Assembly: GCA_951406725.2 (NCBI GenBank)
Contig: OX597825.1
Coordinates: 248,001-312,000 of the forward strand
Direction of reading: 5' to 3'
DNA: 64,000 nt
Origin: Octopus vulgaris
Taxonomy: Eukaryota
The translations under genes and the position numbers were made by a program. A model generated the notes under the pieces. The model was not told where the DNA came from, did no database searches, and saw nothing but the letters and a program-made list of their open reading frames with translations. Below are positions 39,171 through 53,239 of the stretch, piece after piece; the stretch's first letter is position 1; the number at the start of each line of letters is the position of its first letter.

Positions 39171-39478
39171 ATCTTTCATAAAGAGACTTTTAAGCCAATT
39201 TTGCTGGAATATCTGTTTTTCAATTGACTTCAGATTGGAAATAGTTTGGATGCCATCTGTGTGGAATACATTATTGATTAATTTTGGACCTTACACTGTA
39301 AGTTCTATCATGTTGTAGTTGGAGAAGATTGTCGGTGATATCTTCACATTGTGGATAAGTTCCACATTGTTGCTAAAGCAGAGGTCTCATATGTTATCGT
39401 TTCTGATTGGGGAGAGTATGGCTTGTACCATGAACAGCATTTTCCTGAGATTATGTAGAGATTCTACTCGATAGCACT

Positions 39479-39943
39479 TGTAACAGGATGAAGGTCTCTG
39501 GAACACTTGAGGGGTGTCGGTCTTATCCTGTTACATTCAAATCGTGTCGAAAGTAAAGCCAAAACTTCAACTATCTTCAACAGCAATAAATAATACTTTA
39601 TTTTTGTCTGGATTCGCAAATAAAATATACACACATATATTTTCTTCAGGGCGAACTGGTAGCCAAGGCCATAAAACTATTCACAATAGTTAACTTGTGT
39701 GAGCCAAAATACTGTCTCCGTTCCCGCGTAGAAGGGGGCTTCTCTACGTGTTGGGTTTTCCTTGAGAGAAGGTTGAGTCGTGTCCACTCGATAGGGCTGC
39801 AGCTTCCAAAAAGACCGATCTAGCGGGAAAACTTTCTGCTGGCAGTTCTCTGCGCATACGCATGAGGGAACTTCCGGCAGCCTACTGGAAGTAATCCAAC
39901 TCTGCGCATGCACACTGAAAACTTCCAAATTAGCATCACTACA
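39479..39943 (-). mobile_element. Solo LTR (Gypsy-like), copy 2
   Basis: TG...CA ends, TSD CACT; inserted in a LINE endonuclease remnant. Confidence 0.88.
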
Positions 39944-40289
39944 CACTCTTTGAGTGTCATTGTCACCTTCTAGCCATCTGATGTTCGTTGGGGGAAGTTG
40001 AAGTCACCCATCAGAAGAACAGTAACCTAGTTTTGTTAGTACTTTTATCATTGTAAGGCTTTCTTCAAATTTACCATCGTGATTTTATATATCATGTTGA
40101 ACCGTTAATCCCTACACATCTTTATCTCTCTCATTTTTTTTTTCGTTCTCTCTCCATTCTTTTCTTCTCAAAATTTTCTGTTGAAGAGCGTTGGCCCGAC
40201 ACGTCAAAGACTTTTCCATTCTTCCTGACCATTAAACTAATATACCTGCTTATTGTTCCCTCACCTGTCTTTGTATTTTGCTTTCTGTG

Positions 40290-40340
<51 letters not shown>

Positions 40341-41260
40341 CAGGGTGTCCATAAAGTCTCTTTACAATTTAAAAAAATTATACAAAGGCAGTTGATGAGA
40401 TATTTTAACCAGATTTGTTTTATTTTAATAATTGTTTATTAAAGTTTTTATTGATATTAAATTTTTGTGTTTCACATACTCTGTTGATGGAAGGGAACTG
40501 ATTCACTGAACTCCTATAAAATGAGGATGAAGCATTCCTCAAGCAAGTTTGTTTTAGTGATGAGGCGACTTTTCATGTTTTAGGGAAATTAAACAGACAC
40601 AATTTGAGAATCTGGAGATCAGAACACCCCCATGTGACTAGGGAGCTTCAGCAGGAGAGTCCAAAAGGGAATGTGTGGTGTGGAACCATGTGCAATCAAA
40701 TAATTGATCAATTTTTCTTCTACGAGGCAACAATTACTGTAGATTTTTACCTCGACCTTCTGACCGAATATGTGGCAGCACAATTGATTGATTTACAACC
40801 AACCATCATTTTCCAGCAAGATGGTGCACCACCACATTGGGGACGGCATGTTCGTCAGTTCCTCAATCAAACATTTCCAGACCGATGGATTGGAAGGGAT
40901 GGGCCAATTCCATGGCCACCACGCTCACCAGATATCACTCCTTGGACTTCTTTTTATGGGGTTATGTAAAAGATATCGTGTATCAAACAAACATACAGGA
41001 CATTGCTGACTTGAAGCAAAGGATTCTTAATGCCATTGCCACCACTGATGAGGCTATCCTACAGCAAACATGGCAAGAAATTGAGTATCGTCTTGATGTG
41101 CTTCACGCAACTAATGGTGCACATATTGAGGTTTATTAAATAACAGTTAAAAAAACTTTAATAAACAATTATTACAATAAAATAAATTTGGTTAAGATAT
41201 CTTGTCAACTGCCTTTGTAATAAAAGTTTTAAATTGTAAATAGACTTTATGGATACTCTG
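40341..41260 (+). mobile_element. Tc1/mariner DD41D (rosa-like) element, deleted and frameshifted
   Basis: TIR CAGGGTGTCCATAAAGTC, TA TSD; FSDEATF, FQQDGAPPH, WPPRSPDITP/LDFFLWG with 41 residues between the last two Asp. Confidence 0.9.
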
Positions 41261-41264
41261 TATA

Positions 41265-44200
41265 TAAGTAAACTGTTGACAGCTAAAAGAGGACCTATTT
41301 CTAGTATTCGCTACTATCTTGTCTACATAAGATCTGAGAGATACGTAGTTATTACTCCAAGTCCACATTGGAATGCTAGGATTCCCAAGTCTGAATCGAT
41401 CTGTCAGCCTAAATCGCTTCAGCAGCAGACCGATGAGGCACAAGTTGCTCTCCCTACTGGTTGAGCCAACGTTATCTAGGTATGCATCTAGAATAGCGTT
41501 AAAGATGCTCAACATTACTACTGTTTTTTACATCACAAGAAAATCCTCCAGGCGTCAATAGAACTCATTCCGTTTGCCCGCATAAATGCCAGTCAACCTG
41601 AAGGTGTTACCACTGAAAGTCAGATTCAGAACGACAGAATCACCTTCTGGGTCTACAAAGATTGCACATGTCTGCAGAGCCAAGCTTTTTCGGATCAGAA
41701 CCACAACACCACCCCTCCCTCTGTCTGAGTAGGAAACATGATTTTCTCATAGTCTTTCAGGAGGTTCAAGAAGGCCTGCAGCTTGTCCAACTTGGTCTCT
41801 GTAGCAACATCATCATTATCATCGTTTAACGTCCGCTTTCCATGCTAGCATGGGTTGACGGTTCGACCGGGGTCTGGGAAGCCAAGAGCCTGCACCAGGC
41901 TCCAGTCTGATCTGACAGTGTTGCTACAGCTAGATGCTCTTCCTAATGCTAACCACTCCGTGAGTGTTGTGGGTGCTTTTTGCGTGCCACCGGCACAGGG
42001 GCCAGGGAAGGCTGGCAAACGGCCACGATTGGTTGGTGCTTTTACATATCACCGACACGGACGCCAGTCAGGCGGTGCTGACAACTGCCATGTTCGGATG
42101 GTGCATTTTATGTGCCACTGGCACAGAAGCCAGTCGAGGCAGCGCTGGCATCAGCCACGTTCGGATGGTGCTTTTTACGTGCCACCGGAACAGGGATCAC
42201 GACTACAATTTCCATTGATTTTTGATGTTGATGTACTTGACTCAATAGGTCTCCTCAAGCACAGGGTCAAAACAGTTTTTCTTTACTTTCCACCTGCACA
42301 TCAATTTTATGTGACCTGAGTCGTCGAGGAAACAGACTTGCTTCCACTTCGAATTCAGGCTACGCACATTCAGACTGCCTACATGTAATGAAGCTATATC
42401 AAAAACGACAAAAAAGAAAGTTGCCTCACTTAATCCAGGGGAATTGTTCTCAGTGCCACTAAGGCCAAGACTAACTACCCCCTTCGTCTCTTCTAAGGTG
42501 GGTTCCATCGGTGTGTCAAACACTTTGGGCATGTCTGTTAGTTCGCGTATCTCTTTTGGATATCTGCTGTTTAGAGCCGCCAACTGGCTCCATGCCGGTG
42601 GCATGTAAAAGAGCACCATTGGAGCGTGATCATTACCAACATCACCTTACTGGCACCTGTGCCAGTGGCATGTGTAAAAAGATTCGAGCGAGGTCATTGC
42701 CAGTACTGCCTGACTGGCCCCCGTGCCGGTGGCACGTAAAAAGCACCCACTACACTTTCGGAGTGGTTGGCATTAGGAAGGGCATCCAGCTGTAGAAACT
42801 CTGCCAGATCAAGATTGGAGCCTGGTGCAGCCATCTGGTTCACCAGCCCTCAGTCAAAATCGTCCAACCAATGCTCGCATGAAAGGCGGACATTAAACAC
42901 TGATGATTATGATGATGATGATAGGTCTTTGTAAAGGTCTCGAGGTATTTTTGCAATAGTGTTTGTGTTTTGGTGGTTACTCATCCAAAAAATGTTACAC
43001 TTTAAGTGGGGCTTCATTATCCCTGTAGCATGTAACCATTTTCAAATAGTAGTGCCAATTTGTGGTAGCTGGCAATATGACGTAATGTCGTATTGCCGAA
43101 GAAATATGATTGTCGATTTTCCCATTGGTTAATATTACTGCTCATATAGGAATTCTAAAAGTTAGTTAAAGAATATTTTTATGTGATTTTGATACTTTTA
43201 AGTCAAGTTGAGCAGTTATAAAAACCCTGGATTTTGGGAAAAACTTCAGTGTTTGTGGGATGTAACTAAACTCTATGACACTCACTCCTTTGAGACATTG
43301 GTAATTTTTTATGCCATGTCCAAGAAAAATCCAACAAGTCTTATTTGAATTGTTGAGATTTAATATAGCTAAAATATTAAGTCATAATTCTCTATGACAA
43401 AAATTACTTTTCTTCAAAATGTATATAAATATTAAAATTGCTATATGTATATAATAAAATAATGTTGAAATTATTTTCTCTTTCTTCACGTTCTTCAACT
43501 TATTAATGAATGTATTTCTGTAATTATGAAACTGTATCATGTATTTGGTATCCAATATTTGTCAGGAGCGACCGTGCAGCGTTTAAAAGGAGACATTTGT
43601 CACCAACACCTTACGTATGGTCATATATATTCCTATATCCCCATGATGGTGTTGTTCATATTTTCAAACACTACAATTGTCTTTTCCTTTAAATTGTGTG
43701 TGACTTTCACTTTTTCTAAGTCCAGTAATGTTTCATCCTTTCCCTGGTCTTCGGTGCTACCTCTTTATTTGGTGACTTCGATAATTTTTTAGGCCTTTTT
43801 CACGACACCGTTTCAAAGTTCATTTCTTCTACCACTGGTGTCGCTTCGGCCGGTTTGTTTCCAGGTCGCCCTCTGTGTAACAGCCTCCATGGCCGGAGGG
43901 CGCCAGCTCCTCTTTATTTTCCTCCTGTTCGTTGTCTTTTTCTTTTTGTGGAGGGGAGCATCTTGACCTCAGGTGCTCATTTCTTCCACATTTGAAGCAC
44001 TTGGGCTTCCTCCCCACCACATAGACTGCTAAGACAATATCCTCGCCAAATAAAATCTTTTCTGGTAGTTTTTCCAAATCAATCATTGTAACTTGAACCA
44101 AGACTTCTAGTGTTTGTTCTCTCCCGTTTTGTGGTGCATCACTTGTTATTTGAATTATGTTTTATTTTGCCTTTCCACTCGTACAGTAGTGTGGCTAGTA

Positions 44201-44800
44201 CCCATGTCATTTCCACCTCCGGGGGGGGGGGGGGTATTTTAAATTTTGATTCGAGACATTCTACGTCCCATCATAATGCTACCACTTTGCAAGGTTCAAG
44301 TCGATAATTCTTTTGCCTTTTCAACTGGCTCGAACCCTGTCTCAACCGTTCATCATCATCATTGTTCGACCGTGGTTGAGACAATGGAATTTACTATGCT
44401 ACGCCAGACTTCACGGTTCATCATAGCATTACGGAGGTCCTGTTGCTGGATGCCTGTATCCCTGGAGTTTACATCAGGGTAGGAGAGTGTGTACCCTCTG
44501 GTATCGCGGGCAGATGGCTTCCAGAGGAGAAGAATAGAAATTACCTCGTTTTCAGCTCTACAACAATGTCCAGCAAACTGGACTCTTCTACCTTTCACAA
44601 GAGATGATACAAGAGGTAATTTCCCATATATTTGTACTTTGCAAATCTTGTAGCTCGGGTGAGGTACTTTATCTGGCCGAACACTGGCCCGAGACAACTT
44701 TCTATTGTGCTTTCTCAAAATGTTTCTTCTTTGCGTTGTAAGTCTTATACACAATTGTACACTCTTTGTTTATGAGTAAAATTTCACGGGAAGGGGGGGG
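41265..44800 (-). mobile_element. Fragmented Tx1/L1-like LINE: ORF1 zinc knuckle plus ORF2 endonuclease
   Basis: CFKCGRNEHLRSRC (in 43829-44101); VGSLNVRSL; FNAILD...DRFR..NP..P.WTWSN...RSYVDKI. Confidence 0.75.
44350..44640 (-). mobile_element. RTE LINE family A 3' fragment
   Basis: KVQIYGKLP...STTVEQ*. Confidence 0.9.
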
Positions 44801-45039
44801 GGGGCATAATTCTACTTTCACCATTTTTCTCAGAAATCATTCTGTACAAAGCTTGAATTCTTTGTAATTGGTTGTTTCACTTCCTCCTACAACGGAGGCA
44901 AAATTCCTCTTTTCTTCTATTGAAGATATTTTTTACAAGAAATTTTCACTAAAAATGAATTTGTTCAGATAAAATGCTTAAATAGTCTTGGCTATTAATT
45001 CTGCCACGAAGGGAAACTATTGGGCTGGTGAATTTCCAA

Positions 45040-45793
45040 GATATAGTCCCCTCAGATAATCACAGATCCTCCTCCATGTTTAACAGTTGGAAGAAGGCAG
45101 TCTGGGTCAAATGCTTCTTTTAGCTGTCTCCACATGTATACTCAGCCAGTGGTCGGAAATAAGGTAAAGGATGACTTGTCTGAGAAAATAACATTCTTCC
45201 ACTGCTCTAGGAACCAATTCTGTAGGTTTTTACTCCACTCTAAATGCTTTGCAACATATGTTTTTGAAAATAGTGGTTTGCAACTCTTCCATGAAATCCG
45301 ACTTTGTGCAGCTCTCAGGAAACATTTTTTGTGGAAACTGGATTCTCAAGGTGGTCATTAAGCTCTGCAGTAATTTTAGGAGCCTTACTTTTGTGATCCT
45401 TTCTAACAGTTTGTGTAACAGTCCGATGGTCCCTATCTGAAAGTTTTGATTTTCTTCCGGAATTTTGTTTCAACAAGGTTTTCCCCTCTTTCTCAAAGGC
45501 TGTCATAACTTTCGAGACAGTACTTCTTAATACACTAAATATTTCAGCTGTTTTCGTTACACTAATGAGCACCAACAATTTGACCTCTTTGAAAGTCCGA
45601 TAGATCTGTCATTTTAATGAATTCTAATTGCCTTTTTTTGATGATATCTGAAAAGAAACAGCAACTGTTGCAAAACATATTAAGCAACACTAATAATAAA
45701 TCAAAAAACATAAAAATAAACACGCTTTTGACAGTTATATAGATATTTCAAAATTATAATGCGAGGTGTTTCCATTATTTTGTCCAACCCCTG
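45040..45793 (-). mobile_element. Tc1 5' fragment
   Basis: TIR CAGGGGTTGGACAAAATAATGGAAACACC; DFQRGQIVGA, RSTVSKVMTAF, SGRKSKLSDRD. Confidence 0.85.
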
Positions 45794-46083
45794 TGTGTAT
45801 ATATACATATAACTGAAGGATTAAAATTAATCAAAGGACATACTAAGTATGTCTACCTGCTGGAATTAACAGTCAAAACTCTTATTTAAATTGTCAAAAT
45901 ACACTCATAACTACAGAATTCAACCGAAGGCAGATCAGGTTAATAAAATCTCCTAACATACATTTAAGTATTTGGACTCATGTGGACTGGTTTCTGCCAG
46001 ATAATACCAGATAACAAAATTTATAATATCTTAGCAAATTAATTTTTTGGGAATTAATTTTTCTCATGAATTCTTTGCCCTTG

Positions 46084-46140
<57 letters not shown>

Positions 46141-46326
46141 CAAATAAGAAAATGGAGAAATAAATTTAGTTTGTTCATCAACTTTCGGATATTAGAATGT
46201 TGGATTTCATTTAACAAGATGAGAACCTCAATATCATACATATATATCTTATAATTCAATACAAATAAGATAAGAATACAAATTATATAAGTCATAATAT
46301 AAATTATTGAAATCATTAAAATCACT

Positions 46327-46458
46327 TCTTACAGCTGTTTCAGCCTATAGTTAAAAGTAATTAATTTTATTTTTATTGCCTATAGTTGTCAACATAGTGA
46401 GGTTGTAGACATATAAAAATAGGGTACTTATATATATAACCATAGGCTTCCTCAGAGA
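46327..46458 (-). ncRNA. Minimal type-I hammerhead ribozyme motif with long stem II loop
   Basis: Minus strand: TCT-CTGAGGA-AGCCTATGGTTA...TAACTATAGGCT-GAAA-CAGCTG-TA-AGA; 12-bp stem II, palindromic stem III ACAGCTGT, GUA triplet; stem I only 3 bp. Confidence 0.7.
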
Positions 46459-47832
46459 TTATAAGGAACTTGAAAAATATTAATATTAATACATTAAACA
46501 TGATACACGTATTATTTAATATATATAAAAAAATATGAACAAATATCCATATAGACATATACATATATACACACATATACATACATAAGCAAAGTGTATA
46601 TACTATTTACATGTGCAAAATACATAAATAAACACAATTAAACAATAGGTTCAAGTAGATATACCATACGTCATATACATAGATATATATACATACATTG
46701 GAACATATAAACACGTCTATGCTTATGAACAGATAAATAATAATCAATTATTAATAATAATAATACTATTATTATTATTATTATTATTACACCCATAACC
46801 CCTATTTTACTTTGTACTATATATATATCTCACTTAATGAAATGTAAAAAAATACTCTGTGTGTGCGAATGCGCAATTGATATCTAGTGTTGTAAAGAAT
46901 ATCGGTTCAATATTCCAATGTAAACACAAGGAACAAAGGTGACAATTCAGTATTTGTGCTGATGTAAATAAGCCATTGAACAAAAACATCTGTAAAACAA
47001 CAATGGTGAGAAGCGCTCTATATGCTCGCTTGACTTGGCAAAACTCCATCTAAAATAAAGCAATCCGCGTTGAAAAGGAAAGAATGCATCGGATACAGAA
47101 TGTCCGATAGAAGAATGGGATGGTCACGGCAGAGCACCATTTGAGTGTGATCGTTACCAGCATCGCCTTACTGGCACTTGTGCCCGTGCTAGTAGGGTGC
47201 CAAGAGCACCATCCAAGCGTGATCGTTGTGAGAGCAGCCAACTGGCTCCCGTGCCGGTGGCACATAAAAGGGCACCATTCGAGCATGATCGCTACTAACG
47301 TTGCCTTACTGGCATGTGTAAAAAGATTCGAGCGAGGTCATTGCCAGTACCGCCTGACTGGCCCCCATGCTGGTGGCACATAAAAAGCACCCACTACACT
47401 CTCAGAGTGGTTGGTGTTAGGAAGAGCATCCAGCTGTAGAAACTCTGCCAGATCAAGATTGGAGCTTGGTGCAGCCATCTGGTTCACCAGCCCTCAGTCA
47501 AAATCGTCCAACCCATGCTAGCATGGAAAGTGGACGTTAAACGATGATGATGATGATGCATCACGTGGCTTTTGTCCTGATCCTGTTAACCATGCACTTT
47601 GGCCTTCTACATTAAACGATTATGTTGTGTAACATAAGTCTAAAAATTAGATTAGTGGCATAACATGTTGAATTCAATCAGTGTTTTACAGGGAATAACG
47701 TCATCGATTTAGAAATAATAAAATTCAAAGACAGCTGTTGCTGAATAAACTTAAATGTATTTATTCTGGTGTTAGGTGTTTATGCCAAACTGAATGGTCC
47801 TTCTCCAATGACACATATCAACCAGTCATCCC

Positions 47833-48480
47833 TCATTCATTGTTCGACCGTGGTCGAGAATTTACCATGTTATGCCAGACTTCATGGTCCATCATAGCAT
47901 TACGGAGGTCCTGTTGCTGGATGCCTGTATCCCTGGAGATTACATCAGGGTAGGAGAGTGTGTACCTTCTGGTATCACGAGCAGATGGCTTCCAGAGGAG
48001 AAGAGTAGAAATTACCTCGTTTTCAGCTCTACAACAATGTCCAGCAAACTGGACTCTTCTACCTTTCACAAGAGATGATACAGGTGGTAATTTCCCTTAT
48101 ATTAGTACTTTGGTTGGATGATGCTTCCATGAGAGATTTTGAGCTGTTATAAGAAGACGAGTGTAAGTTCCATCCAACTGCCTCTCAATCTTCTTTGATA
48201 ATGTCCAGGTTTCTGAGCCATATAGTAGAATTGGTTCATCTATGGCTTTGAAGATTTTAAGTTTGAAATCTCTACTTAGATTTGATGACCAGATCATCAT
48301 TACAGGCTGACCAGGCCATACCCTTTCTAGTTAGAAAATCTTTTTCAGTTGATGATATGTATGACCCAAGATATTTGTAATCAGAAACCATATTTAAGAG
48401 CGTATTGTTGAGAGTATGGATGAGGAAATCACTGTTGGACAGGCATGTTTACATATTCAGTCTTGGACTCATTGAGGTAC
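47833..48480 (-). mobile_element. RTE LINE family A 3' fragment
   Basis: Same RT C-terminal sequence as the other family A copies. Confidence 0.9.
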
Positions 48481-48889
48481 AAAATACATTAAAAACTACA
48501 GTGCTCCACATACAAAAATAAACTTTCTACAAAGAGATCAACAAAAATTTTTTCTTCTTTCTCTCCCTTTTCTTCCTTTCCTTCTTTTTCTTTAACATTA
48601 CTTTCAGATACAAACACACACACACACACACATGCTCTCTCACTTTCTCCCCATTCATCTCCCTCTTGTACTATCTTACATCTCTCCCCACCACTACACA
48701 CTCAATAATACTATAAAAAGAGTCAAAATTCCTGCAAAAATGTAGTTCAATTTGAAAGCTCCACTAGAATGTATGAAAGCACTAATATATGATATATGAT
48801 ATATGATGTATAAAAACATGTAACATACTAATAAATATCTGTAAATATAAAACGATCAGGATTTCTGAGTACCTCATTTCTTCTAATAT

Positions 48890-48895
48890 ATAATG

Positions 48896-48926
<31 letters not shown>

Positions 48927-49032
48927 CGTATATATATATATGTATAATACATGCATATATATATGTATAATACATGCATATATATATATGTATAATACAT
49001 TCATATATATATATGTATAATACATGCATATA

Positions 49033-49079
<47 letters not shown>

Positions 49080-49575
49080 AATACATGCATATATATATGT
49101 ATAATACATGCATATATATATATACATCATCATCATCATCATCATCATTTAACGTCCGCTTTCCATGCTAGCATGGGTTGGACGGTTCAACTGGGGTCTG
49201 GGGAGCCCGAAAGCTGCACCAGTCCAGTCAGATCTGGCAGTGTTTCTACAGCTGGATGCCCTTCCTAACGCCAACCACTCCGAGAGTGTAGTGGGTGATT
49301 TTATGTGCCACCGACACAGGTGCCAGACGAGGCTGGCAAACGGCCACGCTCGGATGGTGTTTTTTATGTGCCACCGACACAGGTGCCAGACGAGGCTGGC
49401 AGACGGCCACGCTCGGATGGTGTTTTTATGTGCCACCGACACAGGTGCCAGATGAGGCTGGCAAACGGCCACGATCGGATGGTGTTTGTTACGTGCCCAC
49501 AGCACGGAGGCCAGTCGATGCGGTACTGGCTACGGCCACGTTCGGATGGTTTTCTTGTGTGCCACGTGCCACCGG

Positions 49576-49615
<40 letters not shown>

Positions 49616-49655
49616 ATACATGCATATATATATATGTATAATACATGCATATATA
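48890..49655. repeat. TA-derived minisatellite (TATATATGTATAATACATGCA)n split by a family B insertion
   Basis: Units on both sides of 49127-49577. Confidence 0.8.
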
Positions 49656-50443
49656 TTGCCAAAATGCAGGAAATTAAACAAGAAATAGCTTACAAACTAC
49701 AGAATTTTCTCAAGAAAGCCAAGAGAAAAAGATGTTTTATGTAACACATTCTACCAGTATACGAAGTTTAAAAGTGTTTGGTTACAAAGAAATTATTTTA
49801 AAAATCTGCCGGTCAAAGTGAAAAGATCCGGATCCTGAATGAGTTCCATCAAAAGACTAAACCTGACAACATTTTCAGAATTCAATACTCACAATTACCT
49901 CAATCACAAACATATTCTACAAAACAACAACAAAAAATATAACTCCCAAATACACATTAGCAATATCCAATCTCATTACAACCAGAGACAACCTCAAACA
50001 CATACATCAGCATCGCACACGGAAATAAACTTTGCATCAACCAACTAAACAAGAAGACAATAAGCTCATAGAGACGAAATAATGAAACCATATAAAAATA
50101 ATCAAATATCTGTATCCAGCACCATCCACATTTCATAGCTGTTATTTTGTTGATTAAAAAATGTCAGAAAGGCATTAGCTGATTAGGCTTATCATCGCTT
50201 TGTATATAATAAGTTATTTGGTCATTCTGGTGCACAGGGGATGAAGCAATTACAGAAGTTTATTAGTGATCATATTTAGATAGCTTGACATTAGTCACCA
50301 TGCACAATTACATTTCATAATCATTCTCAAAATGTTGCCTACGTTGGTCAAAAGTTAATGTAAAAAAGAAGAAAAACACCAAGTTTCTGGTAATGCAATT
50401 GTCTTTATTGATAAGATTTACTCAGTAATTATTGATAAGATTA

Positions 50444-51265
50444 AGGGCTTTGAAATAAAACCTAGAAGTTCCAGACACCCAGCTGAACACTTAACAGACA
50501 CTGACTTTGCTGACGACATCGCTCTTATCAGTGATTCTCTCTCCAATGCCCAGTCTCTTTTACAATCTCTTGAACAAGCCTCAAATTGTGTAGGTCTTTA
50601 CCTCAATGAGTCCAAGACTGAATATGTAAACAAGTGCCTGTCCAACAGTGATTTCATCATCCATACTCTCAACAATACGCTCTTAAATATGGTTTCTGAT
50701 TACAAATATCTTGGGTCATACATATCATCATCTGAAAAAGATTTTCTAACTAGAAAGGGTATGGCCTGGTCAGCCTGTAATGATATGCATAAGATCTGGT
50801 CATCAAATCTAAGTAGAGATTTCAAACTTAAAATCTTCAAAGCTACAGTCGAACCAATTCTACTATATGGCTCAGAAACCTGGACGTTATCAAAAAAGCT
50901 TGAGAGGCGGTTGGATGGAACTTACACTCGCCTCCTTATAACAGCTTAAAATCTCTCGTGGAAGCGTCATCCAACCAAAGTACAAATATAAGGGAAATTA
51001 CCACCTGTATCATCTCTTGTGAAAGGTAGAAGAGTCCAGTTTGCTGGACATTGTTGTAGAGCTGAAAACGAGGTAATTTCTACTCTTCTCCTCTGGAAGC
51101 CATCTGCTCACGATACCAGAGGGTACACACTCTCCTACTCTGATGTAATCTCCAGGGATACAGGCATCCAGCAACAGGACCTCCGTAATGCTATGATGGA
51201 CCATGAAGTCTGGCGTAACATAGTAAATTCCATTGTCTCAACCACGGTCGAACAATGATGATGAT
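50444..51265 (+). mobile_element. RTE LINE family A, longest copy
   Basis: DFADDIAL through STTVEQ* with (TGA)n tail. Confidence 0.92.
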
Positions 51266-53239
51266 CTAGCGTTGGAGGTTAACAGTTGTACATAGAAGAC
51301 AATGAAATTGATTGTGATTTCTTTTACAAACAACTTTTGTTTTTTTTAATTTCTTGTATACCAGCATGAGACAAATACTCTTACTATGAATGACAAATTA
51401 TGAGAGAATTTAGCTGTTATTGTTCTTGGTGTGATTGTAATAATAATCATCATCATCATCATCGTTTAACGTCCGTTTTCCGTACTAGCATGGGTTGGAT
51501 GGTTCGACAGGGCTCTGGGAAGCCAGGAGGCTGTACCAGGCTCCAGTCTGATCTGGCAGTGTTTCTACAGCTGGATGCCCTTCCTAATGCCAACCACTTG
51601 GTGAGTGTAGTGGGTGCTTTTCACGTGCCACTGCCACAAGTGCCAGGGGAGGCTGGCAATGGCCATGACCGATTGGTGATTTTTACATGCCACCGGCATG
51701 GAAGCCACTCAAGGCGGCGCTGGCATCGGCCACGTACAGATTGTGCTTTTTACGTGCCAGGGGAGGCTGGCAACGGCCACGATCGGTTGGTGCTTTTTAC
51801 GTGCCACCAGCACAGAAGCCAGTCAAGGCGGGGCTGGCATCAGCCACGTATGAATGGTGCATTTTACATGCCACCGGCACAGGTATCACAACTACAATTT
51901 CTATTTGATTTTTTGATGTTGATGGTGATGCACTTGACTCAATAGATCTCAAGCACAGCAGGTCACCCTATGATCCAAGCTTCCATGTGAAGCTGGTGCA
52001 GGAAACAGCCATGAACTCACATTATTTGTTGGGTCTGCATATTCCCATATTTATATCTACCATAATATCATGACAAATGCTGATGTCAACTCAGTTCATC
52101 CACTGCTTGGGTCTGTTGGCAGTGTCTGTTCACCATGTCATCTTATGCTCTCTGCCTGCAACATCCCAAAGCTCTCTGGGTAGTGGTTGCATTTGTGTTG
52201 ATTTTTATATTGATTGATGGGCCATAACCTGTGGCCTATACCAGGAGCGTAACCAGCCCGCTTATGCATACCTTTTCCTTCTTTGGTCGCTAAACTCTGC
52301 TGGCAAAGACCTGTTGAGGCAAGTGAAATCAAAATCAAAATCAAATTCGATGACTGGCATCTGTGCTAGCAGGGTGCAAAGAGCACCATACGAGCATAAT
52401 CATTGACATAGCAGCCAACCGGCTTCCGTGCCAGTGGCACATAAAAGGCACCATTTGAGTGTGATCATTACCAGCGTCACCTTACTGGCACTTGAGCCTC
52501 GTGCTAGTAGGGTATTAAGAGCACCATCCGAGCGTGATCGTTGCCAGAGCAGCTAACTGGCTTCCGTGCTGGTGGCACATAAAAGACACCATTCGAGCGT
52601 GATCATTGCCAGTACCGCCTGACTGGCCCCCGAGCTGTGGCACGTAAAAGGGCACCATTCTAGCATGATTGTTACCAACGTTACTGTACTGGCACCTGTG
52701 CCGGTGGCATGTGGATGATTTTGACTGAGGGCTGGCGAACCAGACGGCCGCACCAGGCTCCAATCTTGATCTGGCAGAGTTTCTACAGCTGGATGCCCTT
52801 CCTAACGCCAACCACTCCGAGAGTGTAGTGGGTGGTTTTTATGTGCCATCGGCACAGGGCCAATCAGGTGGTACTGGCACTGACCTTGCTCAAATCTTTT
52901 TACACATGCCACCGGCACAGGTGCCAGTAAGGCAACATTGGTAACGATCACGCTCGAATGGTGCCCTTTTACGTGCCACCGGCATGGAAGCCTGTTGGCT
53001 GCTCTGGCAATGATCACACTTGGATGATGCTCTTGGCACCCTATTAGCACAGGCACAAGTGCAAGTAAGGTGACACTGGTAACGATCACACTCGAATGGT
53101 GTGTACAAGTGTATTCATGTGTAGAAATGTATTTCTGTGTATGCGTGAATGTATATATGTAAGATTATATACATAAACATATATAAATTAAATCCAACCT
53201 CAACACAAATGTATGGAAAAACCTAATCGAGTTAAAAAA

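Larger units (their letters stand above)
37380..40110 (-). mobile_element. Fragmented CR1-like LINE (APE endonuclease remnant) hosting nested insertions
   Basis: VLLMGDFNFP near 40000; NI*DLCFSNN...IFSNYNMIEL near 39300-39400. Confidence 0.6.

Noticed and set aside
48849-48886. Minus-strand TGAG gta CTCA-GAAA-TCCTGA-TC
   Set aside because: Only the 3' half fits; 5' core reads TAGAAGAAA next to a TA tract, so counted only as a remnant
51400-51945. Long ORFs such as the 181-aa ORF here and 59057-59632 (191 aa)
   Set aside because: Antisense translations of the family B 3'UTR repeat
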